64,000 nucleotides of DNA from a virus: the IMG/VR virus record IMGVR_UViG_3300032245_001127; one strand, 5' to 3'. Of the stretch, positions 22,671-33,101 are shown in pieces; the first letter of the stretch is position 1; every line of letters begins with the position of its first letter. The notes beneath the pieces were generated by a model. The model was not told the origin of the DNA and made no database searches. It saw only the letters and a program-made list of their open reading frames with translations. Both the position numbers and the translations under genes were made by a program.

Positions 22671-25106
22671 TTAAACCTCTGATATAAGAGTAAAGCCATC
22701 AGCAATCTTTAAATGATCTCGAACTGTAAATGTTTCATATCTATTTCCATCATATTTCCATGATATGTGTAACCAAACTGTTTTTGCGCCAGCATATGAA
22801 AGAACGATTCGATCATATCCATATGGTAAATTTTCAGCTAATGCGATTGCTGCAGCAACATGTTGCGCACGATTCCATCCTGAGAAACGTATATCAACTG
22901 CTTCACCAACATAATGTTGTGAAGATTCTGGTGCTCCTGGAATTTCTTCTTTATTTCTAAACCCATTTAGAATAATTAAATTTGCATATAAATCTTTTGC
23001 TGGTTCAAGAACATATTCGCATAATCCTTTTAAATTACAAACGATTGACGATTTGGTCACACCTAATTGATCGATAATCGGTATTCCACCATTTCGATTA
23101 AGTGCTGCTAATTGTATTCGAGCAGATAATTGAAGACTTGGATCAAAAGTTGTTAAACTATCGATTAATTCGCAATTTCGTGAAGCGATTGATGGAACCA
23201 CACCACCAACTGGAATTGTGTTTGCTCCTAAAGTTCCTAAATCTAAATTTTTACTTAAATATAATCCACGAGTTATTTGTCTTTGTCTGTGTGCGATCGC
23301 ATCTCCTTCGTCTGGAGTTTCATAAAGTAGTTGTTCACGATTACTTCGAGAATTCACAATCAATGGTGAAAACACAGGCATAATTGGAGATTCTACTGCG
23401 TTTTCGTTAATAGCTAATCCAGTTGAAGAATATCCTTCTCCTATTTCTATTTTTGCGCCATCAATTTGAGTTAAATTTTCTCCATTAATTGAGAATGTTC
23501 CTTTAGCTTCCATTAATATATTATTCGCAATTACATTATAATTTCCTGCAACGTTTGCATTTAAATTTCCAGCAATAATTAAATTACAATCATTATTAAT
23601 TTGTATATCTCCTGGACCATCGATTCTTATTTTACCACCATTCTTTACTACGATATCTAATTCGCCATAAACTGTTAAAACCTTTGACCCATTGCTTACT
23701 TCGTAAGTGTTTCGTTCATTTAATACGTATCGATCTCCTGCGACACGATCAGTTAATGTTCCATTTGAATCCCATTCGTGCCAAGATCCTCTACGATGAT
23801 ATAGATTAATACGTTCAGCATTCGGTGTATCGTCCATTTCAAATACATGACCACTTTCTGTTTCAATTACTTTATTAAATGGATATTCAGCATTATAAGG
23901 TACTTCTGGTGCGTCCCATGTACTATAATCAAATCTTTCTAAATTAAATGCACGTGCTGCTTCTTTTTGATACACGGAAGTTTTATCTATATTCTCATGT
24001 CTTGCTAATCTGCTTGTATCTGGTTCGTTAGTATATGTAACATATCCAGATGCAGCACCGAATAATCCAGCATAAACGCCTTTTTTAGTTCCAGCATTAC
24101 CAGAAGAATTGTTTGTGCCTATCGGATCTACATAAGCCGTATTTTCATCAAAAAGTTCTCCACCAAATTTTGGTGTTCCAACTGAAGTGAATTTTTTTGC
24201 TGCAGCAGTTCTTCTTGATTTTTTTGATGAAATTCCACCAAAAGATATTCCTGATAAACTACTTAAAACACTATCAACTCCAATACCACTCGCTAATCCT
24301 GAAATAGCACCAGCAGCACCAGCATAGTCTGCCGAATTAATAAGTGGTAATACTGAAGATGCTTTAAATGCACCAACTCCTAAATCAGAAGCAACATCGA
24401 CTACAGAATCAAACATTTCTTGATTGACTAATCCTCGAACTGAACCTGCAAGATTTGCGGCAACATCATCATTTAAATAATTTTTAAATTCAGAAACAGC
24501 GATTGGTTGATCTACACTTCCAGGATAAGTAGAAGAAACAGGCAATCCTTGCCAAGAAGTTTGACCATAACCAATTGTATATGTGTCGACACCATTTATT
24601 TTAGAAAGAACTGGTGTATCAGAAAAAGGGGTATTCTCTATAATACTATTTACTGTTGCATCTGTAACAGAAAATGTAGAGAAAGGTCTTGCGTCTTGTA
24701 TTTCGAGAGATGCGTTTGAAATTTCACCACTATAAGTTTTCGTTACTCCATCAGAACCAATTCCGATTGAAGATGCAGTATTCACTTTTCGATCAGCAGG
24801 CTTAATAGATAATGTTGTTTCGTTGTTTTGTGGAATCCCTGCAAGTGTTCCGAATATGACTGGAACTTGTTGATCTTTATCTGTAAACCCAATCAATACG
24901 ACACTGCCAAGAGTAATTCCTGTTGGGCTAATTCCTATGCCAGCACTCGCAGCAGAATTAATCGATGAAACAGGCATCGCCCATGGTAAATCTACTGTTG
25001 GAAGTATAGAAACATCTTCGTCATGTACACCAACTACACGTACTTGACATCTTCCTAATTTTAATGGGTCGTTTCTATTTTCAACTCTTCCTATATAAAA
25101 TTGCAT
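22671..25106 (-). CDS. gp5: Baseplate hub spike gp5 with lysozyme-like insert and C-terminal peptidase M15 domain
   Basis: GRVENRNDPLKLGRCQVRVVG OB fold; YPFNKVIETESGHVFEMDDTP..ERI; TIGYG lysozyme-like stretch; SQH..GEAVD..WLHISW. Confidence 0.92.
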   Translation of the reverse strand: MQFYIGRVENRNDPLKLGRCQVRVVGVHDEDVSILPTVDLPWAMPVSSINSAASAGIGISPTGITLGSVVLIGFTDKDQQVPVIFGTLAGIPQNNETTLSIKPADRKVNTASSIGIGSDGVTKTYSGEISNASLEIQDARPFSTFSVTDATVNSIIENTPFSDTPVLSKINGVDTYTIGYGQTSWQGLPVSSTYPGSVDQPIAVSEFKNYLNDDVAANLAGSVRGLVNQEMFDSVVDVASDLGVGAFKASSVLPLINSADYAGAAGAISGLASGIGVDSVLSSLSGISFGGISSKKSRRTAAAKKFTSVGTPKFGGELFDENTAYVDPIGTNNSSGNAGTKKGVYAGLFGAASGYVTYTNEPDTSRLARHENIDKTSVYQKEAARAFNLERFDYSTWDAPEVPYNAEYPFNKVIETESGHVFEMDDTPNAERINLYHRRGSWHEWDSNGTLTDRVAGDRYVLNERNTYEVSNGSKVLTVYGELDIVVKNGGKIRIDGPGDIQINNDCNLIIAGNLNANVAGNYNVIANNILMEAKGTFSINGENLTQIDGAKIEIGEGYSSTGLAINENAVESPIMPVFSPLIVNSRSNREQLLYETPDEGDAIAHRQRQITRGLYLSKNLDLGTLGANTIPVGGVVPSIASRNCELIDSLTTFDPSLQLSARIQLAALNRNGGIPIIDQLGVTKSSIVCNLKGLCEYVLEPAKDLYANLIILNGFRNKEEIPGAPESSQHYVGEAVDIRFSGWNRAQHVAAAIALAENLPYGYDRIVLSYAGAKTVWLHISWKYDGNRYETFTVRDHLKIADGFTLISEV

Positions 25107-26377
25107 TATGCTAACTCCGTAATTCCACTAATTAAACTGTCTTTAATTAATTCTATTGTACACACATGTTCCTTTGTACTTATATCGTGATTAATTGATG
25201 CAATTAAATAACGACCAGAATACATTGGATCAACTGTATCCATATCAGAAGAAGAAATGGGTGCTGATCTAAACGTTTTCATTGTAACAACTTTCCCAAC
25301 TGTATAATCTGTTCTTCCAGGAACTGTAATTTGTAATCTAAATCCTTGGGCAGTTGCAATCGCTGCGTTTCTTAATAAAAAAGAATCTGTATTGCTTACA
25401 TCTTCAAATCCATTATGCATTGCTGTATGTTTAATTGAGTTATATGAAGATGAATATGGTGCTGAGATTACATTCGCTGACATTAATGGATTGCTATTTA
25501 AATGAGGTAATTTAGAGAAATCTTCAACTGAATCGTAATATTTTCTTTTAAATCTTTTTGTAATTAAATCATAAGTTGTCATTGTTGAGTTAAACATACC
25601 TTTTGTTAAACGATCGATAAAATCAAATCCTTTTGGCATGGTTAATTCTTTTGCTCTCTTATAATCTTCTTCTACATCTCGAATCGACTCTCCTTTAGAA
25701 TTAGGAGTTCGATCGTAATTATCAACTATAAAATTTTGTAATGGTTCTTGTTTATATAAGCTGTTTAATGAAATAAAATTAAATCCGTCTCTATTTTCGA
25801 AAAACAAATAACTAGAGATACCATCTTTATTGATACTTTTTTCAGCAGTATAATTTAATGCTCGAATAGGACTCCAATGATTACATATAAACTTAATTCC
25901 ATTAGAAGAAGTTTCGATATTGTATTGTTTATTTGTAGATAATCCATCATTATCGCCACGAATTAAACGATATGCTATATCTGAACAATAACCTGATTGA
26001 GCATTGGTTAATCTTAGATTCATATCTTTAATCGCTTCAATTGATATAAAATAAAGATTGTAAAGAGATTCTCTATCTTTTAATGAAATTTTATCAGATA
26101 GTTTATATACATAAAAACGACCTTTAAGAATTCGAGAATCTCCTTCGAAAGTTGGAGTAGAAACGTGTATGTCTACAAATTCTTCGCCGATTAATGGAAG
26201 TTGATTAATTAAATCTAAAGATTCTTTGATTGTTATTTTACCTGATATAAATGGAGAGAATAGATCTTCATAAATGGATATAGACGCCATTAATTGACGT
26301 ATATCAACCACACCAGTTTTACCGATTAAACTTAAATCATGTATTTCAACATCACCTGCAAATTTTAATTGTTCCAT
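25106..26377 (-). CDS. Baseplate hub protein (gp27-like)
   Basis: IYEDLFSPFISG, YLFFENRDGFNF, VPG...VG, YSGRYLI..INH; between gp53 and gp5. Confidence 0.7.
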   Translation of the reverse strand: MEQLKFAGDVEIHDLSLIGKTGVVDIRQLMASISIYEDLFSPFISGKITIKESLDLINQLPLIGEEFVDIHVSTPTFEGDSRILKGRFYVYKLSDKISLKDRESLYNLYFISIEAIKDMNLRLTNAQSGYCSDIAYRLIRGDNDGLSTNKQYNIETSSNGIKFICNHWSPIRALNYTAEKSINKDGISSYLFFENRDGFNFISLNSLYKQEPLQNFIVDNYDRTPNSKGESIRDVEEDYKRAKELTMPKGFDFIDRLTKGMFNSTMTTYDLITKRFKRKYYDSVEDFSKLPHLNSNPLMSANVISAPYSSSYNSIKHTAMHNGFEDVSNTDSFLLRNAAIATAQGFRLQITVPGRTDYTVGKVVTMKTFRSAPISSSDMDTVDPMYSGRYLIASINHDISTKEHVCTIELIKDSLISGITELA

Positions 26378-26380
26378 AAA

Positions 26381-26872
26381 TTATTGTATTAAACTATTTA
26401 ATTCATTTACTACTCGATTAATTAATGATGGTGCAATTAACTTAATTCTTCTTTTTGCGTCGTTAAGTGATATTTCATAATCTCTATTTGTAACTGCAGA
26501 TGCTCCAGCGACAGTACTATCAACTACAAATCCATCTTTTCTATATTCTCTAATCGCATATGGGTTTTGATATTTACGATTAATATGTTCTTCTAATTGT
26601 GCCCACTCAAGTGGGAAATCATTATATACATCATATCGTTCATTTGCAAGCATGATCACCCAATGTAATGAAGCATTACCATATACTTTTTCTGCAAGTA
26701 TTTCTGGTGTTTCACCATCTTTCATATCATAGTATTCCCATAAGGTAATATTTGATAATACTTCTTTTCTTACTCTTACATTTTGAGTAATATCAGAAAC
26801 TACTTTAAAAACATCAACATTTTTTTCTCTTAAAGTATAATATATTTTTGGAAATTTTTTAAAATAAGACAT
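26381..26872 (-). CDS. gp53: Baseplate wedge subunit gp53
   Basis: YFKKFPKI; GETPEILAEKVYG..HWVI; YEISLNDAKRRI. Confidence 0.92.
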   Translation of the reverse strand: MSYFKKFPKIYYTLREKNVDVFKVVSDITQNVRVRKEVLSNITLWEYYDMKDGETPEILAEKVYGNASLHWVIMLANERYDVYNDFPLEWAQLEEHINRKYQNPYAIREYRKDGFVVDSTVAGASAVTNRDYEISLNDAKRRIKLIAPSLINRVVNELNSLIQ

Positions 26873-28065
26873 TAGAATGTATCCACAATAGTTGAATTGA
26901 TAGTAGTGTTAGTTGTTCCTTTTCTCGATACTTCGCCAGTTGCTTCCAATACTTCTTTCGTAATAATAGCAACTTCTTTAAAGTTAAGAGTCATTTGAAC
27001 TCCTGTTGGTGCACCATTTGCGAATGTATTATATTGACCATTTGGTGCATAATTAACATTCATACTCTCAAGAACAGCTGACGTATGTTTATGAATAAAT
27101 TTATTTTCTTTTCCAGCATGTACGTAGAATATGTCAAATTCAGCTGGATATACAAATAAAAATCCATCTGTATCTTTTAATTCTGGATGCATGTGATATT
27201 TAAATTCATCGATAATGTTTTTTACATTCTCAGATTCTTTTTCATTTCTTGGATAAAAGTCATAGATATAACTAAATGTTCTAAAAGGAACTCCTTCGAA
27301 TATTTGTTCTTTTTTTGGATTTACAGCGATCGTGCTCATCTTACCAAGAATTTTACCAGTTTCTCCCATTCCTGCTAATACTGCTGCTCCAATTAAATCT
27401 GCATTTTTCTTTAATACATCTCCAACATTATTCTTCGCTGGACTTGTTGTTGCTCCTTTTAATGCTTCAGCCACATCACTTCCACCTCTGGAAATCATTT
27501 CAAATACATTCGTATCTAATTCGCCATAAGTTACACCATAATTAATCGAAAGATTGTTTGGTACATGTAAAGCGATTGCACTCTGAAGTCTTTTTCTTGG
27601 TTTTGTAAATTGTTTATCACCTGCATCTATATTTGATCCAACAGATCTTGCTGCGTTTTCTTTTGCGGCAGTTGCAGCAACCCCACCAACTCCGAGTGTA
27701 CCTAATACAGCACCTCTTGTGCCAGTGCCTAGTACAGAACCAATCAGTCCACCAGAAACTGCTGCTTTAAGCATTGCGCCAGTAACTGCTTGATTTGCTG
27801 TAAGTTTTGCTCCAGAAAGTGCTCCACCAATTCTTGAAGTAACTTCTGGTATTGTTGTTCCGCGATCGTCAGATTTTGTAAATTTGCTATCTTCTGTAAT
27901 GTTAATATAAAACATTACATATTGATCACCATAAGGATTTTTTCCAGCATTTGTAGAAAGTAGATCAATAGGATACGAGTAGTTGCTTACTCGATATTGA
28001 TCTTGTACGAATGGCGATGTAGCCATTGATGTAGTATCAGAGAGTATTTTTTTAGTTAATTCCAT
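26872..28065 (-). CDS. gp48: Baseplate tail tube cap gp48
   Basis: NPKKEQIFEGVPFRTFSY..FYPRNEKE..FKYHMHP, YPAEFDI. Confidence 0.88.
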   Translation of the reverse strand: MELTKKILSDTTSMATSPFVQDQYRVSNYSYPIDLLSTNAGKNPYGDQYVMFYINITEDSKFTKSDDRGTTIPEVTSRIGGALSGAKLTANQAVTGAMLKAAVSGGLIGSVLGTGTRGAVLGTLGVGGVAATAAKENAARSVGSNIDAGDKQFTKPRKRLQSAIALHVPNNLSINYGVTYGELDTNVFEMISRGGSDVAEALKGATTSPAKNNVGDVLKKNADLIGAAVLAGMGETGKILGKMSTIAVNPKKEQIFEGVPFRTFSYIYDFYPRNEKESENVKNIIDEFKYHMHPELKDTDGFLFVYPAEFDIFYVHAGKENKFIHKHTSAVLESMNVNYAPNGQYNTFANGAPTGVQMTLNFKEVAIITKEVLEATGEVSRKGTTNTTINSTIVDTF

Positions 28066-28072
28066 AGAGTGC

Positions 28073-28109
28073 TATAAATAGTTATTATTACTATTATTTC
28101 ATTATTTAG
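28073..28109. promoter_or_regulatory. Pair of late promoters at the divergent junction (TATAAATA + strand 28073-28080; CTAAATA - strand 28103-28109)
   Basis: Exact T4 late consensus and its variant in the gp48/gp4 intergenic gap. Confidence 0.65.
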
Positions 28110-28111
28110 GT

Positions 28112-28555
28112 ATGTTTCATAAAAGAAAGTATAAACCAATACATCCAGAGAAATATGCAGGTGATCCTACTTGTATTATTCTAAGAAGTTCATGGGAATC
28201 AAGATTTGCATCTTGGTGCGATAGAACACCATCGGTGATTTCATGGAAAAGTGAAGAAATAGTCGTACCCTATCGATCCCCAATCGATAATCGTCTTCAT
28301 CGTTATTTTATTGATTTTTCAGTCTCTGTAAGAGAGAAAGATACAAATACTCTTCGAACATATTTAGTTGAAATTAAGCCAGAATCTCAAACAAAACCAC
28401 CCAAATTTCCTGGACGCCAAACTAGATCATATCTAACAGAATGTAACACTTTCCTTGTAAATTCAGCTAAATGGAAAGCAGCAACAGAATATGCCAAAGA
28501 TAGAGGGCAACATTTTATCATATTAACAGAAAAGCATTTAGGGTTGGCAACCTAA
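28112..28555 (+). CDS. gp4: Head completion nuclease gp4
   Basis: RSSWE..F..WCD..W.SEE..VPY..HRYFIDF..EIKP..N.AKW.AA. Confidence 0.95.
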   Translation: MFHKRKYKPIHPEKYAGDPTCIILRSSWESRFASWCDRTPSVISWKSEEIVVPYRSPIDNRLHRYFIDFSVSVREKDTNTLRTYLVEIKPESQTKPPKFPGRQTRSYLTECNTFLVNSAKWKAATEYAKDRGQHFIILTEKHLGLAT

Positions 28556-28563
28556 ATAGTGCT

Positions 28564-29154
28564 ATGGCAACTAGAATAACAGCACAAACAATCTTCGATA
28601 GATATCGTCAAGATCCCAGTATAAAGAATAAAACTCTTAACTGGTTTCAAAGACAGGTAAATATATTGCAAAAAGATCGAATACAGCCAAACGTATTAGT
28701 TCGTGGCGATAAAGAAAATCGACCTACTTCGCGAATTGTTCCTGGAAACCTTTATATGTTCTTTTATGATCCAAAAGGTAAAGAAGAACTTCCTTATTAT
28801 GATCGATTTCCTTTAGTGTTTCCTTATGATGCATCTGCGGATGGATTTATAGGTTTAAATATGCATTATCTTCCATATCAACTACGAGTTCGATTATTAG
28901 ATCGTTTGTTAGATTATTCTTCAAATAGAAAAATGGATAGCACGACTAGATTAAGATATAGCTGGGCAACTATAAGATCAGCAAGTAAAATGGCACTAGC
29001 CAAACCATGTATTAAATCTTACTTAACAAATCACGTTCAGTCTTCAATGTTAAGAGTTGCTCCTGAAAATTGGTTCACAGCAATGATGTTACCAGTTGAA
29101 AGATTTACGAAAAATAAAAACAACGTCTGGGCAGACAGCATAGGAATGATTTAA
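28564..29154 (+). CDS. gp2: DNA end protector gp2
   Basis: GNLYMFFYDPK..LPYYDRFPLV..GLNMHYLP. Confidence 0.95.
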   Translation: MATRITAQTIFDRYRQDPSIKNKTLNWFQRQVNILQKDRIQPNVLVRGDKENRPTSRIVPGNLYMFFYDPKGKEELPYYDRFPLVFPYDASADGFIGLNMHYLPYQLRVRLLDRLLDYSSNRKMDSTTRLRYSWATIRSASKMALAKPCIKSYLTNHVQSSMLRVAPENWFTAMMLPVERFTKNKNNVWADSIGMI

Positions 29155-30014
29155 TGTCAATATTCGATATTTTCGGAACTACAGAAGCACCACAAAAAGA
29201 AGGAGATATTCGTCAGTTTGTGGCATCAGTTAAAAAAGAAGGTCTTGCTCTTACAAATCGTTTTAGTGCTCGTGTTGGATTGCCTAAGACTCTTCAAGGA
29301 AGAGGTTATACAACAGAAACATCTAAAAAGTTATTTTTATATTGTGACACTGCAACTCTTCCAGGAATTGCATATAGTACATTTCAAGCAAGAACTTATG
29401 GAGAAATTCGTGAGATGCCGTATGAAAGAACTTTTGATCCAGTAGTTTTAACTTTTTATGTGGATAATTCTTTTATAGTTAAAGGATTCTTTGAAGATTG
29501 GCAGAATTCTATACAAAATAACGTAACTAGAGAAATTCAATTTTACGATAATTATACTACATTAGTCGATATATTTGTTTATGATGTTGCAAACAACTCA
29601 AGATATCTTTGTCGTTTACATGAAGCATATCCTAAAATTGTAGCACCAATTCAAATGGATTATGCGAGTAAAGATGTAATGAAATTAAATGTTACAATAC
29701 AATATAAGTATTGGACAAGTCAAGCATTCGCTGCACCAGATACTAAACAAAGAGGATGGATTAGTAAAATATTCGGTGATTCGGTAGAAGATGCTGTAGG
29801 AACAATTACAAACTCATTACCAATTCCAAGCGATTACTTTGGAAATTTTAATCAATTCCAAGAAACTTATAATGATTTATCGAATGGAAATAATATAGGA
29901 AATACATTTAATAATTCAATTAATAGTGCAACTCCTGCAATATATAATACGCAACCAACTTTTACGAATGAAACACTTGCGCAAGTAGCAGGAACCACAT
30001 TCAGAGTAGTTTAA
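29154..30014 (+). CDS. gp54: Baseplate tail tube initiator gp54 (gp19-like fold)
   Basis: CDTATLPG, YG..REMPY, LTFYVD..FEDWQ, EAYPK. Confidence 0.75.
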   Translation: MSIFDIFGTTEAPQKEGDIRQFVASVKKEGLALTNRFSARVGLPKTLQGRGYTTETSKKLFLYCDTATLPGIAYSTFQARTYGEIREMPYERTFDPVVLTFYVDNSFIVKGFFEDWQNSIQNNVTREIQFYDNYTTLVDIFVYDVANNSRYLCRLHEAYPKIVAPIQMDYASKDVMKLNVTIQYKYWTSQAFAAPDTKQRGWISKIFGDSVEDAVGTITNSLPIPSDYFGNFNQFQETYNDLSNGNNIGNTFNNSINSATPAIYNTQPTFTNETLAQVAGTTFRVV

Positions 30015-30015
30015 T

Positions 30016-30255
30016 ATGAAAGTTTTTATAATGACTATTCTTATGTGTCATGTGGACGCGACAAATTCATTTTATTATACTTCTATGATTGAAGAACCTA
30101 GAATAGAATATAGTACATATGAAGAATGCGTAGATGCAGGAAAAATTAAAAGAAGAGATATGTTAAAATCTTCTTTAAAATATCCTGATTTAGAAATATT
30201 TGACGTAATTATAAAATGCAAAAATTCGATTGAATCGCAAGAGGATTTAATATGA
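30016..30255 (+). CDS. Hypothetical protein
   Basis: 79-aa ORF coupled to neighbours. Confidence 0.6.
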   Translation: MKVFIMTILMCHVDATNSFYYTSMIEEPRIEYSTYEECVDAGKIKRRDMLKSSLKYPDLEIFDVIIKCKNSIESQEDLI

Positions 30256-30677
30256 CAAAACTTGATGATAAATTAAGTGAAACATTTAAAACAGAAGCTG
30301 TTGAAGTAGTTCCACAGCCATTTAAAAAGGAGTCATCTTATGAGAACATTACCGACTCTAAGACTAAAGTTAATAATGATTTTAATACTTCTCGTTCTAA
30401 TTTGCATAACCTTTTAGAAAGAGGAGAAGAAGCATTAATACATGCTTTAGAAATAGCAAAACAATCAGAACATCCAAGAGCATTTGAAGTTGTTGGAAAT
30501 ATGATTAAACAACTTGCTGACGTAAACCAACAACTAATGGATTTACATAATCAGCAAAAAAAGATTGAAGAACCAACTTCTTCATCTGGAAAGCAGATAA
30601 CAAATAACTCGATCTTTGTAGGATCGACTGCTGAATTGAATAAGATAATAGGAAAATATAAACAAGACGGAGAATAA
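30252..30677 (+). CDS. gp16: Terminase small subunit gp16
   Basis: SEHPRAFEV..IKQLAD; NNSIFVGSTAEL. Confidence 0.92.
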   Translation: MTKLDDKLSETFKTEAVEVVPQPFKKESSYENITDSKTKVNNDFNTSRSNLHNLLERGEEALIHALEIAKQSEHPRAFEVVGNMIKQLADVNQQLMDLHNQQKKIEEPTSSSGKQITNNSIFVGSTAELNKIIGKYKQDGE

Positions 30678-30681
30678 TATT

Positions 30682-31413
30682 ATGGCTTTGCCAATGAATA
30701 CGACACCAATTTATACGTTGGTGGTACCATCTACAAAACGTGAACATCGCTTTAAACCATTTGTTGTAAAACAAGAAAAGGCATTATTAATTGCGATGCA
30801 ATCTGAAAACGAAAAGGTGATGGTAGATACTTTAAAAAGTATCATTTCAGATTGTGTACTTGATATAAATGTAAACGAACTTTCAATGTTTGATCTAGAA
30901 TATATATTCTGTTCTTTACGTGGTAAGTCCGTTGGAGAAGAAGTAGAATTAATTGCTCGTTGTAATTCAAAAGAATGTGAAACCAACGATAAAGCAAAAA
31001 CGTTAATTAAATTAAATATAATGGATATCCCAGTGGTTACTGGTGAAGGACATTCTAAAAAAATTCCTTTATTTAATGATGTAGGTGTGATAATGAAATA
31101 TCCATCAATCGATACGTTAATTAAACTAAGTGAGTTTAAAAAAGAAAAATCAGCAGATACTGATTTAATCTTTAAGATAATTGCTGATTGTATTGAAAGT
31201 ATATATGATGGTGTTCAAATATATCCTACAAAGGATCAAACACCAGCTGAAGTGCAAACGTTTTTAGATAATTTAACAAATGAACAGTTTGCTAAAATAC
31301 AAAATTTCTTTACAACAATGCCGAAACTGACAAAGACAATTGAATTTACATGTTCGGTATGTAATAAAGCACAAACTCGTAAAATAGAAGGATTAGCAAA
31401 TTTTTTTTCGTAA
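30682..31413 (+). CDS. gp26: Baseplate hub assembly protein gp26
   Basis: MALP..P.Y..PS..FKPFVVKQEK.LL, FDLEYIF..LRGKSVGE, MKYP, FFTTMPKL, CSVC..EGLANFF. Confidence 0.93.
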   Translation: MALPMNTTPIYTLVVPSTKREHRFKPFVVKQEKALLIAMQSENEKVMVDTLKSIISDCVLDINVNELSMFDLEYIFCSLRGKSVGEEVELIARCNSKECETNDKAKTLIKLNIMDIPVVTGEGHSKKIPLFNDVGVIMKYPSIDTLIKLSEFKKEKSADTDLIFKIIADCIESIYDGVQIYPTKDQTPAEVQTFLDNLTNEQFAKIQNFFTTMPKLTKTIEFTCSVCNKAQTRKIEGLANFFS

Positions 31414-31598
31414 TGCTCAGCCATGAGTCATTAGTGAACTTCTATAAAACGAATTTCGCATTAATGCAGTATCACAAATATACGATGACTGAGCTTGATG
31501 AACAGTTACCCTTTGAAAGAGAAGTTTATATAAGTATGTTGATAAAACATCTAGAAGAAGAAAAACAAAGAAACGAACAAAGAAAGTTAAAATCGTAA
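31413..31598 (+). CDS. gp51: Baseplate hub assembly catalyst gp51
   Basis: YKTNFALMQYHKY...PFEREVY. Confidence 0.9.
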   Translation: MLSHESLVNFYKTNFALMQYHKYTMTELDEQLPFEREVYISMLIKHLEEEKQRNEQRKLKS

Positions 31599-33101
31599 AT
31601 GGCACTCGCAGCAGTACTAGAGCAACAACAAACGCAAACGAATAAACCGATCCCAACTACATTAGTTGATTCGGCAGGTCGTCCATTGTCTATTGTCGAA
31701 GAACTTCAAAAATCAACTAAAACTCCGACTCGAGAAGATACAATCGAAGCAAACTCTCAATTAGCAAAACAAACTCAATTATTAGAAATTATTGCGAATG
31801 CTGTAAGTGGAAAAGGTTCTGCTGGTTATAGCGATTCTAAATCAAAATCAAAAGAAGATAATTCAAAGATGTTTTCTGCAGCCACAGGTGGAATCGTAGG
31901 TGCAATTACTGTAATGTTATTAAACACAATCAAATTTCTCGGTTCATTCGTACTCCGTGCAGTTCCGCAAATTGGAAAATTATTGTTAGCGACAGTGGCA
32001 AGATTTGGTTTATTAATACCAACATTAGTTATTGGTGTTTTTAAAGGATTATTTGATTCAATTAAATTAGCTTTCTCAGGAGCAGATTTTGGTGATGTGG
32101 TAACAGAATTTGTATCAAGTTTAATCAATTTCCTTTCATTCGGTTTTATTTCAAAAGAAACTGTAAAGAATGGTATTTCTATTCTTACGAATGCAGTTAA
32201 AGATTATATTATTGATCCTATAATGAATTTATTCTCTTCAATTGAGAACTTTTTTAAAACAAACATATTTGATCCGATTGAACAAGCATTTAAACCAATA
32301 GTAGATTTTTTCACAAACATTAAAAACACTATATTAAACTTCTTTGAAGGATTGTCGATTCCAGAAATTAAATTTACTATTCCGATCGTAAATAAAGAAG
32401 TAAGTATCGGTCCGTTTTCTCCATTTAAAAAATCGCCAACAGTGGCTCCACAATCTTCGCCAACTCTTCCTGCGCCATCAAATACAGAAGGAGTTTCTGC
32501 AGATCTTTCAGGACAAACTGCACCAATCACACCAGTATTTACGAAACCAATCGTTCCGAGCGCATCTCCGATAAAAATGAATAGAATGCCTACTGAAGAA
32601 GCAAAGAATATATTGGACAAAAATAAAGGTTTAGAGGATGCAATGAACATTCGAATGAATGGATTAATGATGAGTGCTTCAATGTCAGGTGGTCAATTAA
32701 AAGATGAAAAAATACAAGCTGCTCTTTCTGAAATTGGGTCAAAAGAAGAAGTACAAGCATATCTTACAGTAAACAAAGATAAAATTTCTCGAATCCAAAA
32801 ATATGCTAATGAAGAAAGTTTACAAGGAATTTCAGGATCAGAAGTAAAAAATACAAAAGCCCAAGAAGCTGGAAAAATAACTCCAGCACCAAGTACAACT
32901 GGAACAGATCTTACGAATAAAACAATCGCTGCTGAAGAAGCAAAAAGTTCTTTGAGTGGCACTACAAATGTAGCATCAACACCAATTACAACGATTAATA
33001 ATGCACCAACACAACAAACAACATTATTTGGTAAATCGCCAAGAAATGATGAGTCATCGATTAATCGTTACATAGATCGATCATATGGTGTCAACATTTA
33101 A
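31599..33101 (+). CDS. Putative tape measure / hub protein (gp29-like)
   Basis: Follows gp26-gp51; hydrophobic segments and amphipathic helical repeats, low-complexity tail. Confidence 0.6.
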   Translation: MALAAVLEQQQTQTNKPIPTTLVDSAGRPLSIVEELQKSTKTPTREDTIEANSQLAKQTQLLEIIANAVSGKGSAGYSDSKSKSKEDNSKMFSAATGGIVGAITVMLLNTIKFLGSFVLRAVPQIGKLLLATVARFGLLIPTLVIGVFKGLFDSIKLAFSGADFGDVVTEFVSSLINFLSFGFISKETVKNGISILTNAVKDYIIDPIMNLFSSIENFFKTNIFDPIEQAFKPIVDFFTNIKNTILNFFEGLSIPEIKFTIPIVNKEVSIGPFSPFKKSPTVAPQSSPTLPAPSNTEGVSADLSGQTAPITPVFTKPIVPSASPIKMNRMPTEEAKNILDKNKGLEDAMNIRMNGLMMSASMSGGQLKDEKIQAALSEIGSKEEVQAYLTVNKDKISRIQKYANEESLQGISGSEVKNTKAQEAGKITPAPSTTGTDLTNKTIAAEEAKSSLSGTTNVASTPITTINNAPTQQTTLFGKSPRNDESSINRYIDRSYGVNI

